This document shows positions 18,272 through 29,500 of a stretch of 64,000 nt of DNA, in pieces. A program made the translations under genes and the position numbers. The first letter of the stretch is position 1. Every line of letters starts with the position of its first letter. Below the pieces are notes generated by a model. The model did not search any database and had not been told where the DNA came from. It saw only the letters and a program-made list of their open reading frames with translations. The DNA comes from Bacteroidetes bacterium UBA6661 (GTDB lineage: Bacteria > Bacteroidota > Bacteroidia > AKYH767-A > OLB10): assembly GCA_002455375.1 (NCBI GenBank), contig DKKR01000071.1, forward strand, positions 15,632-79,631. Direction: 5' to 3'.

Positions 18272-19360
18272 CTATACAAATTTTTCACCTTTAGCAGTTT
18301 TTACATCATTCACAAACTGACGTATTTGTTGTTCGTCCTGCTTTCGACAAACCAATAAAATGTTTTCTGCTTCAACAACAATATAATCAGAAAGGCCTTG
18401 CAATACCACCAGCTTGTCATGCGGCATATTGACAATACAATTTTTAGTATCGTATAACATTACATTTTTTCCAACCACAGCATTTTTATTTGCATCGTGT
18501 GTTATATGCTCATAAAGTGAGCCATAAGTACCTAAGTCGCTCCAGCCAAAATCAGCACTCATGACATATACATTATTGGCTTTCTCCATCACACCAAAGT
18601 CTATACTGATGTTTGTACATTGCGAGTAAGCAGTCTTAATAAAAGCTTCTTCGCCAGCTTTGTTATAAACACTGTTGCCTTCTTCGAATAAATGATACAT
18701 CTCAGGCAGATGTTCTTTTAAGGCTTTTAATATTGACTTCAGGTTCCATAAAAATATTCCTGCATTCCAGACAAACTCACCTGATTGCAGAAAAAAACGA
18801 GCCATTTCAAGGTTTGGCTTTTCGGTAAAAGTTTTAACCTTGAAAATCTTATTTGTTTCATTGTGTTTTTCATCTACAAGCTGAATATAGCCATATCCCG
18901 TATCCGGTCTGCTTGGTGTAATACCTAAGGTAAGCAGGCAGTCATTTTGTGCAGTGAAAGAAAGTCCTTTATTAATAGCTTCAGTAAAAGCATCTTCCTT
19001 GGTGATGATATGGTCAGATGGAGCAACAACAATATTGGCATCAGGATTTTTTGCTGCAATTTTAAATGCTGCATACGAAACGCATGGTGCTGTATTTCGT
19101 CTTAGTGGTTCACCCAGAATATTTTCTACCGGTAGTTGCGGCAGATTTTTTTTTACTAAATCAATATACGTTTCGTTGGTAACGATATAGATATTTTCTT
19201 TAGGACAAATTTTGTTGAAACGATTAAATGTTTGCTGTAAAAGTGTATGACCTGTTCCTAAAATGTCAAGAAACTGTTTTGGAAAAGCATTTCTGCTCAT
19301 TGGCCAGAAACGGCTTCCTATGCCTCCGGCCATTATTACGCAGTAATTGTTTTTGTTCAT
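18272..19360 (-). CDS. mannose-1-phosphate guanylyltransferase
   Basis: N-terminal nucleotidyltransferase motif IMAGGIGSRFWPMSR. 362-aa length. Convergent with the mannosyltransferase gene. Confidence 0.8.
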   Translation of the reverse strand: MNKNNYCVIMAGGIGSRFWPMSRNAFPKQFLDILGTGHTLLQQTFNRFNKICPKENIYIVTNETYIDLVKKNLPQLPVENILGEPLRRNTAPCVSYAAFKIAAKNPDANIVVAPSDHIITKEDAFTEAINKGLSFTAQNDCLLTLGITPSRPDTGYGYIQLVDEKHNETNKIFKVKTFTEKPNLEMARFFLQSGEFVWNAGIFLWNLKSILKALKEHLPEMYHLFEEGNSVYNKAGEEAFIKTAYSQCTNISIDFGVMEKANNVYVMSADFGWSDLGTYGSLYEHITHDANKNAVVGKNVMLYDTKNCIVNMPHDKLVVLQGLSDYIVVEAENILLVCRKQDEQQIRQFVNDVKTAKGEKFV

Positions 19361-19511
19361 TATTTTAAAAAAATTGTCTTAAATTTTGTTTGATAGAATT
19401 TAAACGCAAAAAAATGAAATTAAAGTCTGACAGAATGAATAATTGTTATTTTTTATTAACGAATAGATTTGATAATTATTGATGTCCCGGCTTTTCAGCA
19501 CAATACAGGGT

Positions 19512-19547
19512 TAAATAAAAAACCGGCTGAAATTATCAACCGGTTTA
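19512..19547 (-). terminator. intrinsic terminator downstream of the S8 peptidase gene
   Basis: The minus strand reads AAACCGG-ttgataatttcag-CCGGTTT followed by TTTATTTAA. It begins about 20 nt after the stop codon. Confidence 0.6.
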
Positions 19548-19565
19548 TTATTGATTGCATTATGC

Positions 19566-22500
19566 TTATCTGGAAATAACTTTCAAACGCTGCACAGAGT
19601 TTTGACTTTCAACTTTTATAAAATAAACTCCTTTGGCAAAATTGCTGATATCAACAGCATGACTTTTATTGTTAGCCGGGAATTCATCTTTAGCTATAGC
19701 TTTTCCGTTAATATCATAAATAGTAAGGGTATATGACTCATGTGAGCTTCGATTGCTGTAAATAATAAATTTCCCGTCAGATGGATTAGGAGAAATACTC
19801 AACGTTCCAACACTGTTGTTTAATTGAGTTAACCCAGTGGTAATATCAAGGTTTACATTATCAACGTACATGGAGTTGCCATAGTCATTAATGTTTACAA
19901 ATTTTATTGACACATCCTGACCAAGGTATGCACTCAATGAAACAGTATCATTGCGCCATTGATTGGCAGCACTTGGTGCAAAGTTGCTGGTTGTGGTTCC
20001 TGTTGTGGCAAGAGCCGCTCCGATTTTTAAGTAACCGGATGCAACCCAGGTATTTCCGCAGTCAGTTGAAATATCAACGCGCAACCCATCTTCATAAACA
20101 CTTGAATATTGTGCATACGCAACATCAAAGGTTAAAAGTGCAGCAACTGCATTGGATAAACTTACTTCATAACTTATCAAACCGTCTTCTGCTCCTGAAC
20201 TATTATAGGAAAAATTGTTGAAGCGGGCAGCATAAGTAGAAGTGCCTGCCGATCCTGTAATGAGAGCAGATTTTTGCCAGGTATAATTAATATTTGATGG
20301 TTCAATAGTCCAGTTTGCCGGAGGGAATGCTGTTGCCTGAAAATCTTGTGTCATTGGTGGTAATGAAGGAGCAAGAATATTAATCATTGCAGTTTGTGTT
20401 GAACTTGATGTTCCTATACCATTGGTAGCATCTAAGGTTACATCGTAAGTGCCGGATGCGTTAAACTGTACTTGTGGATTTTGTGATGTTGCTGATGTCC
20501 CGTTTACAAATGTCACTGTACTGGGGTTAAAAGTCCAGTTCCAACTTGAAGGTGCATTAGAACTTTGATCAGTAAAAGTGAAAGTTTTGCTTGTACAACC
20601 AACATTGAAGTTTGCACTAAACTGCACAAAAGGAGGAATGTTTGGACAATTGAAAATGCCGGGTTGTTTTTCAATAGCATTTGCCCTGCGGCCTTTATTG
20701 CCATTAGCCATCACTGCTCTCACACTAAACCAATAGGTGTTAGAGGATGTAAGATTGGTAAAGACATAACTGTTGTTTGTTGTTGTTGCCACAGAGTCCA
20801 TATACATTGCACCTAGCATACTTACTTCATACCATGCAGCATTACTCACTGCTGTCCAACCAATTTTAATTGAGTCTGGACAAGAGTAAATAACATTTAA
20901 ATTTTGTGGAATACCAATGATGGTAAATGTTGTGTCGGACAAACCGGAAACACTACCTCTTGTAACGCGAACTCGGGCATCACCGGTTGTGGCAATGTTA
21001 TTAGGCACATTCCACGTATATTGTAATGTATTCTGATTTACAGTAGCTATGTTGTTCCATGTAGTACCATTATCAGTGGTATATTCTACATCAAATGATC
21101 CGAGGCCTTTCAATGCATCCCAGCGAATAATTTCAGGATGACCGGGAACAAAACCTTCTCCTCCCATTGGATAGGTAACAGTTATGTCATCATTTCTGAA
21201 CTCATAAACTACATAATAAGTTTGTGGTCCTTGTGGAATAGCAAAACCTTTAAGCGAAACAATATAGCTGCCTGCAGCAGGATTGTCTAATGTAACTTGT
21301 TCCATGTTATTCAGATGGTCAATACCTCTTGTAGCAGGGGCATTCAGGTTGGCTGCATTTGGTGTGGGATCAAGTATCCATGGATTCCAACTTACAGAAG
21401 AAGGGTCTGTAACCTGCATATCAATATCATTAACAAGATAAGTCGAAGAAGCAGGAGATCCACCTACATCATGCCAATAAACCATAACACGCATTTGAGA
21501 AGTACCTGCAGGAACGTTAATTGAATAAGTCAATGAGTCACCCTGATTAATACTGTCAGTAAAATAACGTGCATCTTCAATTGTAGTAACAGCGCGAAGT
21601 GCATTTACTCTTCCCCAACCATATTTGTAATCAGGACCGGGGTTTCCGATATCTTCAGCACCATTGAGCAAGCAAGCTTTAATCAAAGCAGTTGGTGCAT
21701 CGGAAGCAGAATTAATTTGTTTATAGGCTTGAATAAGTTGAGTGCAGATACCTGCAATTCCGGGACAGGCAGCAGAAGTACCACCCCCCACCTGATAGGT
21801 GTTGTTTTCATCTGTTGACATTTGGTCGCGACCATTAGCAGCAATATCAGGTTTAACACGTCCGTCAGAAGCAGGGCCAATGCTGCTTGATGGATCAATA
21901 ACTTCCAATGCATCAAGATTGGCTACAGCAATAACATTTTTTCCTTGCTTATATCCGCCTGTAATATTTCCCCAGTTACCACCTGCACCATAGCCACAAT
22001 TGGCGCCATTGTTATTTCCTGCCGAAAAAACAAACTCAAGTTGTCCATTGTCATGAATAGTTTGATCTCCAAATTGTGTGTCGGTGGTATATTCATTACA
22101 TCCCTGCGAGTAACTTGTTGAAGCCACCACAGTTCCAAGATTGTTATAGTTAGCAACAGCATCAATAATTTGGGGATAATTTCCAATATCAAAAACATGC
22201 AACTGAACACCATTGGCCATACCGGGATATGCAGGATTTAAATTACCTGCACCGGCAAGAATTCCGCCTGTCATATCACCATGAGAAGGACCGGTATTTG
22301 TAGAATAATTGGTAATTCGTCCAGTAAAATCAATATGCGGACCAACAAAACCATCATCGGCCAATGCTGCGGCTACTCCACTTCCATTGTATTTGCGACC
22401 CATAAGCAAGTCGTTGTTGATGACATTGCTACGGTGTAAACTACGTCCTTCCAAATCATCTTTAACAGATGGTGGTGAGGTTAAATCAATAAAAAACAAC

Positions 22501-23072
22501 CAGGGCTGTTGTAAAACAGAGGCAACTGATTGCTGCGGCATGCGCACTTCAACCATATTGTTTATTTCAGTTGAACTTAAAACTTTACCATAAGAAGCAG
22601 CAATTAGCTGTGCTTCCTGTATTGAAATATTTTTCTGAAACTGAAGTCGCACATCAACCATTCCTGCTGCAGGAACAGCATAGGCAGGATAATCGCCTAA
22701 CATGCTGACAGAAAGTTTTTGTTCAGAGGATTGATTGGTTACACTTCTAACATTAAATCCTGAGAGTAATTGTTTGTTAAGCCCAATAGGAATTGCTGCA
22801 TTAAAAGCATTCTTTGGTAAGTACTCCAACAATTTAATTCCTGCAGTTTCGATTGCAGCTTTTTCAGCTTGAGTCGGTACTGAATAAAACTGTATGATGC
22901 GATAGTAATACCCATTGTAAATATCGTTTTCGGATACTTTTTCCTGAATAAATGAGTTTAAGTTTTCTGTGGGTAAAACAGCTTTACCTAAAAACATCAG
23001 GCGAAAGTCTGTTTGCGCCATGGCGATTGTTGTAGTAAACAACATTAAAATAAAGAGAAATCGTTTTAACAT
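19566..23072 (-). CDS. secreted multidomain S8 (subtilisin-like) serine peptidase with T9SS C-terminal sorting domain
   Basis: Signal peptide MLKRFLFILMLFTTTIAMAQ. Catalytic motifs AALADDGF (Asp), SHGDMTGG (His), GGTSAACPGIAG (Ser). P-domain-like, FN3-like, PKD-like (FTFTDQS...GTYDVTLDATNG) and MAM / choice-of-anchor-like modules. CTD is SPNPSDGKF...GVYFIKVESQNSVQRLKVISR. Confidence 0.85.
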   Translation of the reverse strand: MLKRFLFILMLFTTTIAMAQTDFRLMFLGKAVLPTENLNSFIQEKVSENDIYNGYYYRIIQFYSVPTQAEKAAIETAGIKLLEYLPKNAFNAAIPIGLNKQLLSGFNVRSVTNQSSEQKLSVSMLGDYPAYAVPAAGMVDVRLQFQKNISIQEAQLIAASYGKVLSSTEINNMVEVRMPQQSVASVLQQPWLFFIDLTSPPSVKDDLEGRSLHRSNVINNDLLMGRKYNGSGVAAALADDGFVGPHIDFTGRITNYSTNTGPSHGDMTGGILAGAGNLNPAYPGMANGVQLHVFDIGNYPQIIDAVANYNNLGTVVASTSYSQGCNEYTTDTQFGDQTIHDNGQLEFVFSAGNNNGANCGYGAGGNWGNITGGYKQGKNVIAVANLDALEVIDPSSSIGPASDGRVKPDIAANGRDQMSTDENNTYQVGGGTSAACPGIAGICTQLIQAYKQINSASDAPTALIKACLLNGAEDIGNPGPDYKYGWGRVNALRAVTTIEDARYFTDSINQGDSLTYSINVPAGTSQMRVMVYWHDVGGSPASSTYLVNDIDMQVTDPSSVSWNPWILDPTPNAANLNAPATRGIDHLNNMEQVTLDNPAAGSYIVSLKGFAIPQGPQTYYVVYEFRNDDITVTYPMGGEGFVPGHPEIIRWDALKGLGSFDVEYTTDNGTTWNNIATVNQNTLQYTWNVPNNIATTGDARVRVTRGSVSGLSDTTFTIIGIPQNLNVIYSCPDSIKIGWTAVSNAAWYEVSMLGAMYMDSVATTTNNSYVFTNLTSSNTYWFSVRAVMANGNKGRRANAIEKQPGIFNCPNIPPFVQFSANFNVGCTSKTFTFTDQSSNAPSSWNWTFNPSTVTFVNGTSATSQNPQVQFNASGTYDVTLDATNGIGTSSSTQTAMINILAPSLPPMTQDFQATAFPPANWTIEPSNINYTWQKSALITGSAGTSTYAARFNNFSYNSSGAEDGLISYEVSLSNAVAALLTFDVAYAQYSSVYEDGLRVDISTDCGNTWVASGYLKIGAALATTGTTTSNFAPSAANQWRNDTVSLSAYLGQDVSIKFVNINDYGNSMYVDNVNLDITTGLTQLNNSVGTLSISPNPSDGKFIIYSNRSSHESYTLTIYDINGKAIAKDEFPANNKSHAVDISNFAKGVYFIKVESQNSVQRLKVISR

Positions 23073-23223
23073 AGATTGATTTGATTTTATGAATTTTAAA
23101 TAAAGGGTCTAAATTAAAGAAAACATTCGTTTTATTAATAATTGTTTAACAATTGAGTATCAATATAAAGGGTTTCAGAAAAACGCAGCATTATATCAGT
23201 GTTTTGGTTACTTTTGCACGCTT

Positions 23224-24036
23224 ATGAAAAATCGTCTATCGGTTTATTTCCTATTAATGGCCTTGGTGCTGACCATAGGCTCATGCAGTAAGTTTAATCG
23301 CATTCGTAAAAGTGGCGATATGAACATGAAGTATGATGCTGCCGTAAAATATTTCGAAAACAAAAAGTATTATAATGCACTGCAGCTTTTTGAAGAGTTA
23401 ATAGTCGTGCTTAAAGGTACTGATAAAGCTGAAAGTTCTTATTACTATTATTGTTTAAGCTATTTCTACACGGGTGATTATACCAGTGCAGCTTATCATT
23501 TTAATAATTTTGCACAGACATTTCCAATGAGTGCCAAAGCAGAAGATGCTTTGTTCTATAATGCTTATTGCTACTATTTAGACTCACCACCTTCAAGTCT
23601 CGACCAGCAAAGCAGCCTCGATGCCATCAGACAGTTTCAGTTATTTATTAATAAATATCCAACAAGTCAGCGTGTTGCAGAATGTAATAAGTATATTGAT
23701 GAATTAAGAAGTAAACTCGAAGTAAAGGCATGGGATAATGCAATGCTTTACTATAAAATGGAAGAGTATAAATCGGCTATTGTTGCGTTTGAAAACGTGG
23801 TGAAGGATTTTCCAACTACCAAATATCAGGAAGAATGCTTATTTTTGTCGCTGAAATCGGCTTATCTCTATGCTCAAAACAGCATAGAATCGAAAAAGGA
23901 AGAGCGTTACAAGAGTACTATAGATCATTATAATAAGCTGATAGAGATATTTCCTGAAACGGAATATAAGAAAGAAGCAAGCCGGATAATGTCGGCAGCC
24001 GAAGAAAAATTAAAAGATTATCATACTGTAAATTGA
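23224..24036 (+). CDS. bamD: outer membrane protein assembly factor BamD (lipoprotein)
   Basis: Lipobox LTIGSC. TPR-like helical repeats over 270 aa. Synteny bamD-rpoZ-coaBC is common in Bacteroidota. Confidence 0.8.
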   Translation: MKNRLSVYFLLMALVLTIGSCSKFNRIRKSGDMNMKYDAAVKYFENKKYYNALQLFEELIVVLKGTDKAESSYYYYCLSYFYTGDYTSAAYHFNNFAQTFPMSAKAEDALFYNAYCYYLDSPPSSLDQQSSLDAIRQFQLFINKYPTSQRVAECNKYIDELRSKLEVKAWDNAMLYYKMEEYKSAIVAFENVVKDFPTTKYQEECLFLSLKSAYLYAQNSIESKKEERYKSTIDHYNKLIEIFPETEYKKEASRIMSAAEEKLKDYHTVN

Positions 24037-24044
24037 TTAAAACA

Positions 24045-24383
24045 ATGAATAGCAGAAACGTAGCACAAACAACAGTAACCCGCGATGTGGTTGACTTTGA
24101 AAAAAAGACTGAAAATATTTATGAAAGTCTTGCCATCATTGCAAAGCGTGCCAATCATATTGCTGCCGAAACCCGTGAAGAATTACACGATAAACTAAGT
24201 GAGTTTGCCTCCTCAACGGATACTTTGGATGAGGTTTTTGAAAACCGCGAGCAGATTGAGATTTCTAAATATTATGAGCGTCTGCCAAAGCCAACATTGG
24301 TTGCCATTCAGGACTTTTTAGATGATAAAATCTATTTCCGTAGTCCTGCAAAAGAAGAAAACAAAGACAGCGCAGAAAATTAA
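24045..24383 (+). CDS. rpoZ: DNA-directed RNA polymerase subunit omega
   Basis: The listed start at 24033 is TTG overlapping the bamD stop; I prefer the ATG at 24045. ENIYESLAIIAKRANHIAAE matches the omega core helix pattern. Confidence 0.65.
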   Translation: MNSRNVAQTTVTRDVVDFEKKTENIYESLAIIAKRANHIAAETREELHDKLSEFASSTDTLDEVFENREQIEISKYYERLPKPTLVAIQDFLDDKIYFRSPAKEENKDSAEN

Positions 24384-24387
24384 AACC

Positions 24388-25593
24388 ATGTTGCAGGGAA
24401 AAAAAATCCTGCTTGGTGTTACAGGAAGCATTGCAGCCTACAAAACACCTGAATTAGTCCGGCAATTGGTTCAACAAGGAGCATCTGTTAAAGTAATTAT
24501 TACAGCTGCCGCTAAAGATTTTGTTTCACCTCTTGTACTTGCAACTGTTTCAAAAAACGAAGCACTTCAGACATTTACTTCAGAAGATCATTCTACATGG
24601 AATAACCATGTTGAATTAGGATTGTGGTGCGATATTTTTCTTGTAGCGCCACTATCAGCCAACACACTGGCAAAATTTGCTAATGGGAATTGCGACAATT
24701 TATTGACTGCAGTTTTTTTGTCATGTCGCAATACAGTTATGGTGGCACCTGCAATGGATGTGGACATGTTTAAGCATGCTTCAACTCAGAAAAACCTTGA
24801 GATTATTGCTAAAAACAATATTAAAATTATCGGACCGGAGAGTGGCGAATTGGCCAGCGGACTTACAGGCAAAGGTCGCATGACAGAGCCTGAAGATATT
24901 GTGCAGGAAGTAATCAATTACTTTAATCCATCGTTACCTTTGCGAAACAAAATGGCTGTTGTGACTACAGGGCCTACTCAGGAAGCGTTGGATCCTGTTC
25001 GGTTTATTGGAAATCATTCATCTGGCAAAATGGGTGTTGCTGTTGCAAACTGTTTAGCAGCTAAAGGCGCATCAGTAATTCTAATTTCAGGACCATCAGT
25101 TAGTTTAGGAAATTTGAATAAGTCAATAAAGGTAATCCATGTTACCTCAGCTGCTGATATGCTTAAGGCATGTAAACAAACACAACCTGATGCCAACATT
25201 ATGGTCATGGCTGCTGCTGTTGCAGACTTTAAACCAGAAGGTTTTTCTGAGCAAAAAATAAAGAAGAAAAGTAGTGAAGGACTAAATATTCAGTTAGTGC
25301 CTACAGAGGACATTGCAGCAGAAATGGGCAAACTGAAAAAAGAAGGTCAGTTGTTAGTGGGATTTGCCTTAGAAACAAATGATGAAACACAGCATGCAGA
25401 GCGAAAGCTGAAAAATAAAAACCTCGATTTTATCGTTCTCAATAAATTGGAAGAAACAAATCAGGTTTTTGGTTCAGATTTTAACCGCATCACCATCATT
25501 GATAAAAACCTTGTGACAACACCATTTGAAAAAAAGTCAAAAGATGCAGTTGCATCAGACATTGTTGAGAAAATAATTACTTTAGTGCAATGA
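24388..25593 (+). CDS. coaBC: bifunctional phosphopantothenoylcysteine decarboxylase / phosphopantothenate-cysteine ligase
   Basis: I prefer the ATG at 24388 (MLQGKKILLGVTGSIAAYK flavoprotein N-terminus). PAMDVDM, the NHSSGKMG ligase motif and AAAVADFKP. Confidence 0.9.
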   Translation: MLQGKKILLGVTGSIAAYKTPELVRQLVQQGASVKVIITAAAKDFVSPLVLATVSKNEALQTFTSEDHSTWNNHVELGLWCDIFLVAPLSANTLAKFANGNCDNLLTAVFLSCRNTVMVAPAMDVDMFKHASTQKNLEIIAKNNIKIIGPESGELASGLTGKGRMTEPEDIVQEVINYFNPSLPLRNKMAVVTTGPTQEALDPVRFIGNHSSGKMGVAVANCLAAKGASVILISGPSVSLGNLNKSIKVIHVTSAADMLKACKQTQPDANIMVMAAAVADFKPEGFSEQKIKKKSSEGLNIQLVPTEDIAAEMGKLKKEGQLLVGFALETNDETQHAERKLKNKNLDFIVLNKLEETNQVFGSDFNRITIIDKNLVTTPFEKKSKDAVASDIVEKIITLVQ

Positions 25594-26486
25594 AGAAAAT
25601 TTTCGGTTTTATAATATTGATGATGAGCCTGAATATTGTTCAGGCACAAGAACTCAACTGCCAGGTAAATGTGATGGCGCCACAAATTCAGAATGTAGAT
25701 AAAAAGGTTTTTGAAACACTGCAGCAATCTATTTTTGAATTTATGAATAACACCAAATGGACTTCAGATAAATATCTGAATCAGGAAAGAATAGAATGCT
25801 CAGTTACAATAACAATTAACGAGCGCGTTTCAAATGATGAGTATAAAGGAAGCATACAGGTAACTTCAAGACGACCTGTTTTTCAAACATCATATAACTC
25901 ACCAACGTTAAATTTTAATGACGATAATTTTCAGTTTAAGTATATCGAATATCAACCGCTGGAATTCAGTGAGAATGGAAGCAATCCAAATCTGACAGCA
26001 GTACTTGCATTTTATGCAAACATTATACTTGGTGTGGACTATGACAGCTTTTCATTGTATGGCGGAGCACCTTATTTTGCAAGAGCACAAACTATAGTAA
26101 ACAATATGCAGAATGCACGAGAAGCAGGATGGCGTGCTTTTGAGGGTACTAAAAACCGCTACTGGCTTTCTGAAAATATGACTAATCCTGTTTTTAAACC
26201 TTATCACGAAATGTTTTATCAATTTCATCTGAAAGGACTTGACGTAATGGCAAAGAAAAAAGATGATGGATTATCACAAATTTCTGAAAGCCTTGACCTG
26301 TTAATGTCCGTACATAAAGAAAAACCGGGTTCGTTGTTATTGCAAACTTTGTTTTATGCTAAAGCCGATGAGATTGTAAACATATATTCAGGAGCCTATC
26401 CCGATCAAAAAGTAAAAGTCAGCAATCTACTGAATGAAATTGATCCTGCAAACGGAACTAAGTATTCTAAGATTATGGGGAATTGA
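25590..26486 (+). CDS. conserved Bacteroidota secreted protein (DUF4835-like)
   Basis: ATGA overlap with the coaBC stop. Signal peptide MKKIFGFIILMMSLNIVQAQ. Its position after coaBC matches what I recall for DUF4835 genes. The family assignment is from memory and not verified. Confidence 0.55.
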   Translation: MKKIFGFIILMMSLNIVQAQELNCQVNVMAPQIQNVDKKVFETLQQSIFEFMNNTKWTSDKYLNQERIECSVTITINERVSNDEYKGSIQVTSRRPVFQTSYNSPTLNFNDDNFQFKYIEYQPLEFSENGSNPNLTAVLAFYANIILGVDYDSFSLYGGAPYFARAQTIVNNMQNAREAGWRAFEGTKNRYWLSENMTNPVFKPYHEMFYQFHLKGLDVMAKKKDDGLSQISESLDLLMSVHKEKPGSLLLQTLFYAKADEIVNIYSGAYPDQKVKVSNLLNEIDPANGTKYSKIMGN

Positions 26487-26501
26487 TTGTTGTAGAATAA
26501 C

Positions 26502-26536
26502 AAAAGCGGCTGCTCTGATTCAGAGCAGCCGCTTTT
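26502..26536. terminator. bidirectional intrinsic terminator between convergent genes
   Basis: Perfect 16-bp stem AAAAGCGGCTGCTCTG / CAGAGCAGCCGCTTTT with a 3-nt loop. It lies 16 nt after the + strand stop and 18 nt after the - strand stop. Confidence 0.8.
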
Positions 26537-26553
26537 GTTTGGTAAAGACAATT

Positions 26554-29500
26554 TTATTTTTTAACGGTTATTTTGCCTTTGGCAATTTTAGTTTCCCCGT
26601 CTTTAACGGTGTAATAGTAGAGGCCGCTACCAACATTTCCTAAGTCCCATTTGATGGTACCTTGTTTATCAGAAACAGTAAATTGCTTTAGCTCCTTGCC
26701 TGACATATCAAATACAGACAATACAATTTGTTCCTTTATTGTTGGTATAAAATAATTAAAAGTTGTTGTTTGACTTGCAGGGTTTGGCACAACTTCAATC
26801 CTCACATTCATTGCTGTGGTGTTTGTGTTTATTGATTTTGGTGTATTGCCATGATACCTTATTCTGTTGCTTGCTTCTTCTGTTGAATAATCATCTTCTC
26901 TGCACATTCCATAGTAGAAACATAATGCGTTTTGTGCCATGCCTTTTGCAAAACTCAACTCTCCTTGAACGAAACTCATCAGCTGATTTATTTGTGTTGA
27001 ATCTAACATAGACAAATCAGAGCTGTCTTGTTGCAGTTGATTTCTAAAACTATAAAAATAGCAGTAGTCATTATATGCATTCTGTTGATCATCGCTCAAA
27101 GTAAAATCAACAGGAATAGAACTTAAAACCAACTCTGCCGATGTCAATTCGTTTGCGGCCAGATAATTTTCTATTAAGTCGTATTTTGCAGTTAATGTTT
27201 GTGCTCGGGTTAGCCAATAAATTATTTGTCTGGAATAATCTGTTGTGTCACCAATAATAATGCTATCCATATCTAATGTCATTTTAGCATATAAATCAGA
27301 AAGCAGCCTATCTGAAATAACTGCCATTTGTGAATTATAATCTGCAAGCATATTTTCAATTGCTGTGCGTGGCGTACCATCATCCCACGATGCTCTGATT
27401 AAATCAACCATATATTGTGACAAGGAATTTACAATACTGTATTGCATAAATTCAAGTAGTGCTTCATCTCTTGTAGCATCGGGGTTTGCCAAACAAACCA
27501 TCAACAGCATGGCCGGTGGCATTATATCCTGACCGGCAGCCTCACGTAATGCATCGGCAGAAACGTAAGGTGATATTCCCATCAAATGGTCGCGCAAATC
27601 TACCGCATTGCTTGACCAACTTTGTTGAATCTGATTGAGCAGTATATTTGTATTACCTCCATCTAATAGCTGATTATACGAGTAAAGTAAATTTAAGAAT
27701 GCCGTCTCTGACGAATCATAACTATCTGTCATTTGCTGAATTTCGCCATTAGTCAATAAGTCATTACAATTTTGACAAATATGCGAGGGACATGTGTTGG
27801 AGAATGCAGCAAGAATTGGAGCAACTTGAGAGTTATAATACTGAGGCGCTTTTGACTGATCGAAATAATAACTGAGAGCCACTGCTGTAACATTATTAAT
27901 ATCAGTAAAAGTTCCTGTTAGCCCGGTATATGAAAATATATTTCCGGCAGAGATTTTTGATGTACCCTGCAAAAGTCTTATTCCTGAAAATGGACTTCCT
28001 TTTCCTGAAATAAAAAAATCAAAATTATCGTTTGAGGTATTCTCATTGCACAGATATTGAAGGCCTGTTAATCTTGTATCAATCGGGTTGCGATTGATTC
28101 CGGTTGAATAATTTCCGATACTCATATCTGTAAAATAATTTTTATAAATCTGATTGGCAGACTGCCCGCAACTATTTGTTGATATTCCATACTTAAACAC
28201 CGTAGCAATATTTGGATTTGAACGAAAGAAATGATTTTCCTCTATTGTAAAACCACTACAAAATATGGTACTAATGCCAAGCTGTACGTTTGCTCCTGTT
28301 TTAAAATTGTTGCCAATATAAAAATAGTTTGATTGCAATTTTAGATTATTGATATTATAGACATAAATGCCCGTTTGGTTATTTGTAAAGGTGGAACCCA
28401 AAACAGTAATTGAATTGTTACCGGCTGTTCTTTTAGCATCTATAGCATGAAACAGGTTTAGAAATGTACATCCATCAGAAACAGTATAGTTTGCATTTAA
28501 CGATTTAATTCCCATGCTCAACATATCAAACATAGCTTGCGAATTAAAATTTATAAAATCGCAATTTACAAATCTTATTCCGAAACAGCCATCAATATGA
28601 GCATGTATAGGCGTGGCTTGAAAAACATATTTTATGTTATTTTCGAAGGTAGCTCCTGCAAAATAACTTTTGTTTGAATATTCAATACCATTATAAATAT
28701 TCTGATAAGGCAAAAACTCAACATCCATTAAACAATTTTTAAATTTTGCACCTGCAGTGGCAATAATTATTCCGCCTCTGTGTAAATTCACATAAGAGCC
28801 ATAGTTTCTTTGTGCACGTGCGCCACACACTGCATATTCTATTGTTGCATTGTTTACTATTAGTTTACCGACAACCGATGGAACAATATTCTGACTTTGA
28901 TTGTTCTGATTGCCCCACACTTCAACTCCTTGCCAGGTGTAAGGAATAAGGCAAGGGTCTTCTAAATAGTCTGATGTTAAAACGGCACCACCATCCAAAG
29001 TTAAAGTGCTGCCCGGCTCAATAATAACTTTAGCATTGGGACTGAATTTAAACATCATGCCATTGATGGTGAGGTTGGAATTTTGTTTAACACGCAATTC
29101 GTTAAGCACATAGATTGGTGTTGACGCTCCTAATGGATTATTTGTTGCACCATAACTCCATGTAGCATTTTGATTAATGCTGGAATTATCCGGAAAGTTA
29201 ATGGTGTTAGTAGTTATTACATGCGGTATTGGACTTGATGTTATTAAACTGTAATCCTGCCCATCTATTTGATCGGGTAATGTGTACATTGTACTGTTTG
29301 GGTTTACGCCTCCAAGATTGTATAAATCGTAGGGGGGGTTGGATAAGGGAAAGGAATTTGGACTTGGTAAAATTTGTGGCGTATTTGCATAAGGATTAAA
29401 AGCACCTACATTATTAGTTATTGAACCGGGGTCAGCAACTGCATACATAAATCCATTATTACTATGTGCCAATTCTATTTGAGAAAATCCAAAATTATTT

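Noticed and set aside
23209-23216. TACTTTTG match to the TAnnTTTG promoter box 8 nt upstream of the bamD ATG
   Set aside because: It would imply an essentially leaderless bamD mRNA. A single 8-mer match in AT-rich DNA is not enough to call it.
24322-24387. N-terminal extension of coaBC overlapping the rpoZ 3' end
   Set aside because: The extension (MIKSISVVLQKKKTKTAQKIKT) is low complexity. The ATG at 24388 gives the canonical MLQGKKILLGVTGSIAAYK flavoprotein N-terminus just after the rpoZ stop.
26434-26643. 69-aa + strand ORF crossing the convergent-gene junction
   Set aside because: It reads through the 16-bp terminator hairpin and into the antisense of the T9SS CTD of the 1322-aa gene.
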